A stretch of 59,134 bases of DNA, taken from positions 1 to 59,134 of IMG/VR virus record IMGVR_UViG_3300030060_005339. The stretch is one strand, 5' to 3'. A model generated the notes under the pieces. It saw only the letters and a list, made by a program, of their open reading frames with translations. It made no database searches and was not told where the DNA came from. Position 1 is the first letter of the stretch; each line of letters starts with the position of its first letter. This DNA is from a virus (Duplodnaviria > Caudoviricetes). Shown in pieces: positions 1 to 6,883 of the stretch. Made by a program: the position numbers and the translations under genes.

Positions 1-150
1 GTATCTGCTGAGGTGCAACGAGGTAGAGCGGCAGGTTTATATGTAGAACGTAAAGAAGTTAGAACAGGTACGTTAGATTCTTTGAGTGAAGTAGAGATAA
101 AAGAAAGAATAGAGAAGCTACTTGGAGACTATAAGCCTTTGCTCGAGGCA
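1..150. repeat. Terminal direct repeat / circular overlap, copy 1 (copy 2 at 58985-59134)
   Basis: 150 nt matching the window end, with 7 mismatches that are all synonymous in the terS frame. Confidence 0.95.
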
Positions 151-174
151 GAAGATGCCGTTATTGTTGAGTAG
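1..174 (+). CDS. terS: Terminase small subunit, C-terminal part (continues from 58658 across the circular junction)
   Basis: Frame 1 reads VSAEVQRGRAAGLYVERKEVRTG...EDAVIVE* (TAG 172-174), the same peptide as the 3' end of the ORF starting at 58658. Confidence 0.8.
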   Translation, partial: VSAEVQRGRAAGLYVERKEVRTGTLDSLSEVEIKERIEKLLGDYKPLLEAEDAVIVE

Positions 175-301
175 CTTGTTTCTTTTTTTGCTTGTAGGCC
201 GTTAGCTTCCTAATCCATTTCACGGGTCTTTTCTTCCCGTTAATCATATAACTGTCAGGATTATCTTCTTGCCACTCTTTGTATGCGTTTTTTAAGTCCA
301 T
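161..301 (-). CDS. Small basic hypothetical protein (46 aa, MDLKNAYKEWQEDNPDSY...)
   Basis: Translated by hand; ATG overlaps the TAA of the upstream gene (TAATG coupling). Confidence 0.55.
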   Translation of the reverse strand: MDLKNAYKEWQEDNPDSYMINGKKRPVKWIRKLTAYKQKKKQATQQ

Positions 302-624
302 TAGTCGTAGCTCCCCAATAAGTCTATGAAGTCCCTAAGACCGTCTTCCTCAGGCTCCATATCTTTATCGTCATAATCCTCCCATAATATAGACTCAATC
401 GCTTGCTTGTGTGTTTCTACCAATGTATCCGCTACGTCTTGAAGCTTGTTTACCAGTCGTGGGTGGGTGTCTGTTGGACAATCTAAACATAATTTGTACT
501 GTCCATTTTTGTGCTTGCTATCTACTTTTAAAAACACAGCTAAATCTCCTAACTGTCCACGTCTAAATATCTGTACCACAGCCTTAGCTTGCGGTTTATC
601 TAAGTATGCTATGCGTCTTTTCAT
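301..624 (-). CDS. Hypothetical protein with acidic C-terminus
   Basis: 107-aa ORF, translationally coupled on both sides. Confidence 0.75.
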   Translation of the reverse strand: MKRRIAYLDKPQAKAVVQIFRRGQLGDLAVFLKVDSKHKNGQYKLCLDCPTDTHPRLVNKLQDVADTLVETHKQAIESILWEDYDDKDMEPEEDGLRDFIDLLGSYD

Positions 625-875
625 AATTGTTTTATCCTCTTTGGGTTCTCCTTGGGTGGGTTTAAGTCTAGGTAAAGCTCGCTTGTTAGTTCTTTTCTTT
701 GTTCGGGCGTTACCTGGCTAGTGATCCGTATATGGTTCTTTTTTATCTTGCTTGTTTTCCAATAAATACTTTCGGGTGGATCCATTTTTAAAGTCCATTC
801 TATTGTTCCGTGGTTATCGGAATCAAATTGCATGATGGGGTGGCAATCAAACCTGTCTTTATATAGTTCAGTCAT
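621..875 (-). CDS. Hypothetical protein (probable start MTELYKDRF)
   Basis: The ATG at 875 overlaps the end of the upstream small ORF; the longer ORF-track start at 911 is probably too early. Confidence 0.7.
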   Translation of the reverse strand: MTELYKDRFDCHPIMQFDSDNHGTIEWTLKMDPPESIYWKTSKIKKNHIRITSQVTPEQRKELTSELYLDLNPPKENPKRIKQL

Positions 876-1014
876 TGAATTGCATATATGGTGTTGCTCG
901 TTTCTTCGCAACTTCTAAATCGTCCGTGCCTAATCGTATAGTCGGACGGCTAGAGTCTGAGCAAACCAATACATATTCCCCGCTTAATTTGTCTAAAATG
1001 TACTCTTTCGTCAT
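868..1014 (-). CDS. Small hypothetical protein (48 aa, MTKEYILDKLSGEYVLVCSD...)
   Basis: Translated by hand; GAGG RBS and ATGA overlap with the upstream gene. Confidence 0.6.
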   Translation of the reverse strand: MTKEYILDKLSGEYVLVCSDSSRPTIRLGTDDLEVAKKRATPYMQFND

Positions 1015-1214
1015 TTTAAATCCTCTGTAAGTTTGTTAATGATTTCACTAATCACTAATTTATGCAATTTTTTGTTTTTAAAAATCGCTTGTTGTTCTGT
1101 GTGTAAATAAACTAAAGGTAATCCCTGCGAATTTAAAACAACGTTGTATCTTACCCATTGTTCACAACAGTTTACATACTGCGTTCCTATCCCTGTAATT
1201 TCTCGTAGGTTCAT
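1011..1214 (-). CDS. Hypothetical protein
   Basis: 67-aa ORF, GGAG RBS, coupled to neighbours. Confidence 0.7.
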   Translation of the reverse strand: MNLREITGIGTQYVNCCEQWVRYNVVLNSQGLPLVYLHTEQQAIFKNKKLHKLVISEIINKLTEDLK

Positions 1215-1420
1215 TCTCCGTCCTCCCGATCAAACTCCCAACCAAGTATGAGACACAATTCTCTGTAGGTTATTTTTCCACTTGTGGACATTCTTTGATA
1301 TTCCCAACCTAAATCCTCTACCAAATCTTGTATTTCTTCCATTAGTTTTATTTGAGATACTGGATCAGAAACTTCTACTACCGCATTTAAACCTGCGTTG
1401 CCTTTTTTAATTTTAGCCAT
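1211..1420 (-). CDS. Hypothetical protein (LGWEYQRMSTSG motif)
   Basis: 69-aa ORF preceded by GGAGAAAAGCTAATG. Confidence 0.75.
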   Translation of the reverse strand: MAKIKKGNAGLNAVVEVSDPVSQIKLMEEIQDLVEDLGWEYQRMSTSGKITYRELCLILGWEFDREDGE

Positions 1421-1431
1421 TAGCTTTTCTC

Positions 1432-1632
1432 CTAAATGTAGATAATTTCAAATTTAATCTCTTGTACTGTATCTAGCCAAAAGAATACAACGTAGATAAA
1501 CAAAGATGCTATAAATAGAGCTATAGTAGTTTTAATAACTGTTCTCCATTTATATTTGATCAGGTCTATGGCTCTATCCATGAAGTTAAATATTTTGTCT
1601 CTTTTGCGTATTATTTTCTTTGGTCTTCCCAT
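1432..1632 (-). CDS. Small membrane protein with one TM helix
   Basis: Hydrophobic TIALFIASLFIYVVFFWL; GGAG RBS. Confidence 0.7.
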   Translation of the reverse strand: MGRPKKIIRKRDKIFNFMDRAIDLIKYKWRTVIKTTIALFIASLFIYVVFFWLDTVQEIKFEIIYI

Positions 1633-1644
1633 CTTTTTCTCCTG

Positions 1645-1746
1645 TTAATTAATTAATTTTAGTACTACAAAAAATACAAAGATTAAAATAGCTGATCCCA
1701 ACCACTTCATTTCTTTTTCTAGTTCTTTTTCAAATATCTTTTTCAT
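1645..1746 (-). CDS. Tiny membrane peptide (33 aa, MKKIFEKELEKEMKWLGSAILIFVFFVVLKLIN)
   Basis: Translated by hand; GGAGAAAAGCTAATG junction. Confidence 0.6.
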   Translation of the reverse strand: MKKIFEKELEKEMKWLGSAILIFVFFVVLKLIN

Positions 1747-1880
1747 TAGCTTTTCTCCCAACCTAGCCCACATTTATGACAAACTAATATGTCTGTTTCT
1801 TGTTCATCTTGATCTAATACAAACCCACATTCTAGACAATTTTCACTCATATTCGTTTCTGTTATTTTTGGTTCGTCCAT
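1746..1880 (-). CDS. Tiny zinc-ribbon protein (44 aa, CLEC...CHKC)
   Basis: Translated by hand; two CxxC motifs, GGAG RBS, TAATG coupling at both ends. Confidence 0.65.
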   Translation of the reverse strand: MDEPKITETNMSENCLECGFVLDQDEQETDILVCHKCGLGWEKS

Positions 1881-2107
1881 TACTTTTTCTCCTTTATAAA
1901 TTCGTTGTATGGTTCAATCACCATAGGTTCACTAGGTAACTCAACCAGCTCATAAGATTTGATTTCTTTTATAGTTCCGTCAATTTCTTTAGGCGGATTT
2001 ACAAGCATTTGATAATCGGCTTGAGCTATAGCTTCCTTTAAAGATTTTGTAGTTACGCTACAGTATTTAACTTGTTTTTTAGTAACTCTTAAATGATATG
2101 TTTTCAT
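1880..2107 (-). CDS. Hypothetical protein
   Basis: 75-aa coupled ORF. Confidence 0.7.
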   Translation of the reverse strand: MKTYHLRVTKKQVKYCSVTTKSLKEAIAQADYQMLVNPPKEIDGTIKEIKSYELVELPSEPMVIEPYNEFIKEKK

Positions 2108-2304
2108 TTGTTCCTCGTCTCCTTAATTAATCTGTTTAAGTACCACTCTGCTTTGAGTAAGTCCTCAAGGCCGTTCTTGTGTTTGTGTCGGGTAACATAC
2201 TTGATGATGTTACCCTCCAAGAATCCTAGCTTGTGAGACTGTATATAGTCCGTGGTCTCTATACCTTTCTTATAGTAGGAAGGATTTATCTTATCTTCTT
2301 CCAT
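2104..2304 (-). CDS. DUF3310 / T7 gp1.7-like (SaV-like) protein
   Basis: INPSYY...IETTDYI...GFLEGNIIKYVTR...KNGLEDLLKAEWYL signature; probable start MEEDK at 2304. Confidence 0.85.
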   Translation of the reverse strand: MEEDKINPSYYKKGIETTDYIQSHKLGFLEGNIIKYVTRHKHKNGLEDLLKAEWYLNRLIKETRNK

Positions 2305-2305
2305 A

Positions 2306-2440
2306 TCAGATCCAACATTTGTAGCCTGGGCAGTCCTCTTTGGTCTCACCACAATGCTCACAATATTTTTCGTCTTTTGCTTGTATCTCTTTGCGTAAGC
2401 GTTTAGCTATATAAGGCCTGATGTTTGTTACTTTACTCAT
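2306..2440 (-). CDS. Tiny Cys-rich protein (44 aa, CEHC...C...C)
   Basis: Translated by hand; AAGGAG RBS. Confidence 0.6.
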   Translation of the reverse strand: MSKVTNIRPYIAKRLRKEIQAKDEKYCEHCGETKEDCPGYKCWI

Positions 2441-2645
2441 TGTCGGACTCCTTTATTTCTAACTCTATAATCTCTTCATTTTCAAAACCATAATCCAATC
2501 CATTACCCGTCATTTTTTCATTACTAGGGTCGTAGCACCCGTCATAGTAAAGATTCTTAGCTTCATCCTCATTGTCGGCTTCTATAGTTATTTCGCTATA
2601 TCCTGTCCAAGAGGTAGTAAATTTATATATTTTTGATTTACTCAT
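2433..2645 (-). CDS. Acidic hypothetical protein (probable start MSKSKIYKF)
   Basis: AGGAG RBS before the ATG at 2645; IEADNEDEA motif. Confidence 0.7.
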   Translation of the reverse strand: MSKSKIYKFTTSWTGYSEITIEADNEDEAKNLYYDGCYDPSNEKMTGNGLDYGFENEEIIELEIKESDNE

Positions 2646-2668
2646 TGTTATTCTCCTGTTGTATGTGA

Positions 2669-2812
2669 TTAATCTGTTCGATCGCAAGCGATTAATTCAT
2701 AATCAATAAACATTTCTTTAACTTGCACTGTACTGTACGCATAAACATATATACAAATATGATCACCATTACCAACTCCGTCATTTATAAACTCAACCCA
2801 ATATTTATTCAT
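2669..2812 (-). CDS. Small hypothetical protein (47 aa, MNKYWVEFINDG...)
   Basis: Translated by hand; AAGGAG RBS. Confidence 0.6.
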   Translation of the reverse strand: MNKYWVEFINDGVGNGDHICIYVYAYSTVQVKEMFIDYELIACDRTD

Positions 2813-3230
2813 CGTCGGACTCCTTATTTTTTACATATTCTTGATATTCTTCTATAGACATATTTTCTTCTAATCCGTCTTTATAGACTTCGTATCCCCA
2901 ATTAAATTCTTCGGTTACGTCATTGGTCGGTAGGTATTTGGTTAATACTTTTGCATCTTCATTGAGTAGTTTTTTGAATTCCCACACTTCATAAAAACTT
3001 TCTCCGCAAGAATAACAATTTTCATCTTCATCATATTGTATTAAATCACCGCTACTGTAATTCCAACGTAAGACTGCCTCTTCCATTGCATCTTGTAAGG
3101 AGTTTTTATTTTCGTTATCTAGGTTTTCAAAATCTTTATCAATATCGGGAGCAGTAACACAAAATCTGCTGATACTTTCTGCCTCTCCGTATCGTCTCCA
3201 AGTCTCTACATAGTAAGTTACTTTACTCAT
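2805..3230 (-). CDS. Acidic hypothetical protein
   Basis: 141-aa ORF with RBS. Confidence 0.75.
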   Translation of the reverse strand: MSKVTYYVETWRRYGEAESISRFCVTAPDIDKDFENLDNENKNSLQDAMEEAVLRWNYSSGDLIQYDEDENCYSCGESFYEVWEFKKLLNEDAKVLTKYLPTNDVTEEFNWGYEVYKDGLEENMSIEEYQEYVKNKESDDE

Positions 3231-3436
3231 TAGCTTTTCTCCTGTATTTGCTCATACATATTTTCTATATGGAATAAGATATTTTCAATTAAATCTCCTG
3301 TGGTTTCTTCGTTGTCTGAACCGCCATGAACCCTTTTATATTTATCTAGTTTATTAGCTTCTAAGGTGCGTTTTAAATCTTGAGCATCAAAGTATGCTTG
3401 AGATATATCTTCTCTATAGATTTCTATATATCTCAT
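3230..3436 (-). CDS. Hypothetical protein
   Basis: 68-aa coupled ORF. Confidence 0.7.
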   Translation of the reverse strand: MRYIEIYREDISQAYFDAQDLKRTLEANKLDKYKRVHGGSDNEETTGDLIENILFHIENMYEQIQEKS

Positions 3437-3693
3437 TAGCTTTTCTCCGTTAGTTCAACTTCATTAAAATCTTCATCATAAGCTTGTTCATTACTTGCCC
3501 ACTTCCAATCCATATCACATTCATGGTAGTTATGTTGCTCAATAACTATTCCATTTTTTAATGCAATATAAAGTGTTGCGTACTTCACCCAATAATCTTT
3601 AACGTCCTTCCAATCAATATCTAAATCTTCCAGGTCAAATTGTAAAGTTTGTCTGTAATCAGCTTCAATGTATTTTGCTTTTTGCATAGTCAT
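3436..3693 (-). CDS. Acidic hypothetical protein
   Basis: 85-aa coupled ORF. Confidence 0.7.
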   Translation of the reverse strand: MTMQKAKYIEADYRQTLQFDLEDLDIDWKDVKDYWVKYATLYIALKNGIVIEQHNYHECDMDWKWASNEQAYDEDFNEVELTEKS

Positions 3694-3992
3694 TCGTCCT
3701 CCTCCCCGTTTTCTTCTAAAAATATCTCTCTGACTGCAGAGCCTATCGCGTCATTCAGCAAGCCTAATATGAGGTGGTATTTCTGTGGAGTATCGCTCGC
3801 GCGTTTAAGATGCATGTAAGCCAGCCAATATATCGAGTCAAATATTAATTGTGGCTCGCTATCTGTATCAATAGCGTTGTGTTGTTCTTCAAGCATTCGC
3901 AATAAATTCTTTTTAACAATTTCGTCCGAAGTCATTTTCTTAATCGGCACAACTTTTGCTTGCTTGTTTTTTCGTTTAGCTTTCATTTCCAT
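3690..3992 (-). CDS. Hypothetical protein
   Basis: 100-aa ORF, GGAGG RBS. Confidence 0.75.
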   Translation of the reverse strand: MEMKAKRKNKQAKVVPIKKMTSDEIVKKNLLRMLEEQHNAIDTDSEPQLIFDSIYWLAYMHLKRASDTPQKYHLILGLLNDAIGSAVREIFLEENGEEDE

Positions 3993-4285
3993 TACGCCAC
4001 CTCCATAGGTTTAAGTATTGAAAGAGGTGCAGTATATTTATCTTTTCCGATTTCTATATCTGCGGTCGTCCTGTTGATTTTGGTTATGGTGGCCTCGTGC
4101 ACTCCGTCTCTAGCATTACAAAGCACTCTGTCCCCTACCTCAAAACTTTTTAAAGCGTTTAAGGTAAGTTCTGCTTTTAACTCTTTTTGTTTTTTCTTGA
4201 TAGCGTTGATAACTGTTTCCATTTCATCATTGCTTGAGATTTCATCTATTGAATTAATTAACTGTTTCATTACGCTATCTCTCAT
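3992..4285 (-). CDS. Hypothetical protein with a probable C-terminal KOW/SH3-like fold
   Basis: FEVGDRV...ITKINRTT pattern; GGAGG RBS. Confidence 0.7.
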   Translation of the reverse strand: MRDSVMKQLINSIDEISSNDEMETVINAIKKKQKELKAELTLNALKSFEVGDRVLCNARDGVHEATITKINRTTADIEIGKDKYTAPLSILKPMEVA

Positions 4286-4566
4286 TACGCGACCTCCAAT
4301 TCTAAACTTAATTTACGGACGGCGGTTTCAAATTCGTCTTTTGATAATCTGATTGAATGGTCGGGATTAATCCAATTTAGATGTTTCCCTGTAGTAGTTC
4401 CCCAAACATTTTCGCGAATTATTTCTTCTCCTGTTCTAGTTACTACTGCTATTAAAGTGTTATAGCTAAAGTAATAACTATGCCCCTCGCTATCTCTAAA
4501 GGCTTGTGTATGACTTCCGTAATTATCTGAGCTATAGTTTCCATAGTTCCATTTTTTTATTTTCAT
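4285..4566 (-). CDS. Conserved phage early protein (FSYNTLIA...TTGKHLN)
   Basis: 93-aa ORF directly after a promoter; motif recalled from other phage early genes. Confidence 0.75.
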   Translation of the reverse strand: MKIKKWNYGNYSSDNYGSHTQAFRDSEGHSYYFSYNTLIAVVTRTGEEIIRENVWGTTTGKHLNWINPDHSIRLSKDEFETAVRKLSLELEVA

Positions 4567-4611
4567 TTTTCGTTCTCCGTTTGTTAGTAAAAAGGGTTTA
4601 ACCTTGTAGTT

Positions 4612-4640
4612 ATCCTATAGGATTTCTCCCATATATGCAA
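4612..4640 (-). promoter_or_regulatory. Sigma70-type early promoter TTGCAT-N17-TAGGAT containing a TATGGGA box
   Basis: Read directly; 17-nt spacer. Confidence 0.65.
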
Positions 4641-4675
4641 CTAAAATCTTTTACTTTGTTTATAATGTTTTTACT

Positions 4676-5104
4676 GTGGCTCAACCCGAAAAATTATTCT
4701 GGCAACAAGTAAGAAAAAACCTTACTGCGTTTTCTTGGATTAGGCTGGAGTCTAGGGTAAATCATGGCATCCCTGATGTTTTAGGCACTACTGAGGAGGG
4801 TATTTATTTTACTGTTGAACTCAAAGTAAGCAAAAGTAATAAAGTTAATATGTCGCCGCATCAAATCGCCTACCATGAAGAGCGAAAGAAAGCCCCCGCT
4901 TTTATCTTGGTCAAGTCCCTCTTGAAGGATAGTCCCAGAAAATATGACGTTTATCTGTATGCCCCCGAACAAGCACGGGAATTGGCAGTCCTTGGTCTGT
5001 CGTTGCCTCCTCTTTATCGGTCGTCCTCCGCCCATTGGCCTTTGGTTCAAGAACAATTAGCTTTGATCGTTCGACAAAGAACCAAAGGCCAATGGGCGGA
5101 GTAG
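4676..5104 (+). CDS. PD-(D/E)xK nuclease (VRR-NUC / Holliday junction resolvase-like)
   Basis: E...RLE...GIPD...VELKV...SPHQIAY motif; TATAAT just upstream. Confidence 0.8.
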   Translation: MAQPEKLFWQQVRKNLTAFSWIRLESRVNHGIPDVLGTTEEGIYFTVELKVSKSNKVNMSPHQIAYHEERKKAPAFILVKSLLKDSPRKYDVYLYAPEQARELAVLGLSLPPLYRSSSAHWPLVQEQLALIVRQRTKGQWAE

Positions 5105-5123
5105 CTTGCTTGCTTGCTTGCTT
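5104..5123. repeat. (GCTT)5 tandem repeat; a shorter copy at about 5796-5810
   Basis: Seen directly. Confidence 0.9.
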
Positions 5124-5169
5124 GTTCTGCCCACCCGTCCAGCCCTGGGATGGTAAATAAAGATGGGCA

Positions 5170-5202
5170 TAAAAAAAGAGAGGACATTTCTGCCCTCCCT
5201 TT
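5170..5202 (-). terminator. Probable intrinsic terminator, possibly bidirectional
   Basis: Imperfect GC stem with an A-run on the + strand (U-run on the - strand), between convergent genes. Confidence 0.5.
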
Positions 5203-5219
5203 CCACTTAGGAGAAGTGT

Positions 5220-5684
5220 TCAACAAATCTGAAAGCCACCCGAATCTTTGACAAACTTTACAAACTCCTCAACATTCTCAACTGAGAAGGGATAGTTTTT
5301 ATTAAAGTCATCTTCGGGTAACGTCTCAAGGTGAGCTTTACGCCCTTCCTCAAATTTCTTTACTCCTCCTATTTTGAGCAAGAAAGTTAAACGCTCAACA
5401 ATCTGCTCGGCAGTTTTTTCGTCTATTTCATGACCACCATTATGATGACCACGTTCAATATCTTCTTCGGTCATGAAATCACCACAAGAGATGCAAACAA
5501 AGTCCCAAAGTGGATGCCACCACCAAACATTATTTCTGAAATAGTGTCCAGGGTTTTCAAGCTCCCATTTTTCTTTGGCTTCAAAATAAGCGTCTTTTTC
5601 TTCGTCGCTTGGCTTTGATTCCCAATCTATTGTTGGGGGTTCAGATTTAAGTTTTGGGTTAATCCCATATACATCCATTCCCAT
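5220..5684 (-). CDS. Conserved phage hypothetical protein (MGMDVYG...YFRNNVWWWHPLWDF...SGGFQIC)
   Basis: 154-aa ORF, AAAGGAG RBS, with its own promoter. Confidence 0.85.
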   Translation of the reverse strand: MGMDVYGINPKLKSEPPTIDWESKPSDEEKDAYFEAKEKWELENPGHYFRNNVWWWHPLWDFVCISCGDFMTEEDIERGHHNGGHEIDEKTAEQIVERLTFLLKIGGVKKFEEGRKAHLETLPEDDFNKNYPFSVENVEEFVKFVKDSGGFQIC

Positions 5685-5713
5685 AATATTTCTCCTTTAG
5701 TTAATAAACCTAT

Positions 5714-5742
5714 ATTCTATACAATTTATCCCATACAAGCAA
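5714..5742 (-). promoter_or_regulatory. Early promoter TTGCTT-N17-TAGAAT containing a TATGGGA box
   Basis: Read directly; same architecture as 4612-4640. Confidence 0.65.
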
Positions 5743-5865
5743 GCACAACGACTCACCAATTTTAAAGGCCAATAAACAAATTGGTGAGTCGTTGTGCTTG
5801 CTTGCTTGTTTGTTCTGACTGACTGCCGACGGCTGCCAGCCTGGACGGATCTGATGTGAGCAAAT

Positions 5866-5891
5866 AAAAAAAGGGCGACTGATGTCGCCCT
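5866..5891 (-). terminator. Intrinsic terminator
   Basis: AGGGCGAC-tgat-GTCGCCCT stem with an A7 run on the + strand (U7 on the - strand), downstream of 5908-6105. Confidence 0.75.
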
Positions 5892-5907
5892 CTCTTGTTT
5901 CGGTTGA

Positions 5908-6105
5908 TTACTCCTCACGATGCTTGTAGTAACTGTTTAAACTGTAATCGCTCCAAAGCTGTTCGACCACAGAACCAACGAGGACTTCGCCATACTGACT
6001 GACTGCTGTCTGCATCACTCTGTCGAAAACCTCTTCGATTGTTTCACATTGCAGGTGGCACTCGACCTCCTGCTCTATTTCCATTAGCACATCTTTCATG
6101 CTCAT
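5908..6105 (-). CDS. Hypothetical protein
   Basis: 65-aa ORF, AGGAG RBS. Confidence 0.7.
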   Translation of the reverse strand: MSMKDVLMEIEQEVECHLQCETIEEVFDRVMQTAVSQYGEVLVGSVVEQLWSDYSLNSYYKHREE

Positions 6106-6290
6106 GATCTTCTCCTATAGTTTCTAAAATTAGCGGCAATCTCTATGAGAGCAGCCGAACACATACCAAACAAAACACCGAGTAAAAATACCAAAGTGAA
6201 TTGAATGAAATATCCGTAAGTATCTGCGTAAAAGAACGCAAGACCTAATGACGAGGGCAAAGCCATACTAAACATAACTATGCGACTCAT
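6102..6290 (-). CDS. Small membrane protein with two TM helices
   Basis: Two hydrophobic segments; ATGA coupling. Confidence 0.65.
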   Translation of the reverse strand: MSRIVMFSMALPSSLGLAFFYADTYGYFIQFTLVFLLGVLFGMCSAALIEIAANFRNYRRRS

Positions 6291-6484
6291 GATAATAACC
6301 CCTGTTCTTGCATCACGATTGCCCCATGCTCTGCCTCATGATCTTCTAGTAGAGGTGTGTCTTCTTGTATCTGCCCATTGGCAACCACAACAACACCATT
6401 GATGACAAGGCTCGTGCAGTTAGGCTCTATCGCCTTTGCTACTTCGAACCCATTATTATTAAACATACTTATTTTTAATTTCAT
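6287..6484 (-). CDS. Hypothetical protein (probable start MKLKISMF)
   Basis: AAAGGAG RBS before the ATG at 6484. Confidence 0.7.
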   Translation of the reverse strand: MKLKISMFNNNGFEVAKAIEPNCTSLVINGVVVVANGQIQEDTPLLEDHEAEHGAIVMQEQGLLS

Positions 6485-6617
6485 ATCTTCTCCTTTGTGA
6501 TTATTAAATAAGTAAATACATATTAAACAATCGCATGTAATAAGTCTATAAGATACATGCACAAATATCCCATATAGTCAACCCTTTGCGCGTGTGTGTC
6601 CGCCTTGGCTCGCTCCG

Positions 6618-6746
6618 CTCGCCTTCGCTCGTTGGGGGGGATAGGGTATAGAATGAATCTAATAGCATATTAATGAACAACAGGCGAAGCCCATAATATC
6701 TATTAGAATGAATCTATACCCTATCCCCCCCAACGAGCGAAGCGAG
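6618..6746. repeat. Long imperfect palindrome with perfect 30-bp arms (6623-6652 / 6713-6742)
   Basis: CTTCGCTCGTTGGGGGGGATAGGGTATAGA and its exact reverse complement. Confidence 0.95.
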
Positions 6747-6883
6747 TGGGTTGTATATAGAAGAAAAAAATAGACATGGAGAGAATATCCAGAAACTTTG
6801 ACAAATGGGGCTCCCCCCTTCATCATAGGAAACATTGAAAACGATTTGGCCACAAAAAATTTTAAAATTTCAAAATATTTGGC

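Noticed and set aside
5697-5918. 73-aa ORF here, and the 64-aa ORF at 6659-6853
   Set aside because: They run through promoter, terminator and palindromic DNA, lack RBSs and are probably non-coding.
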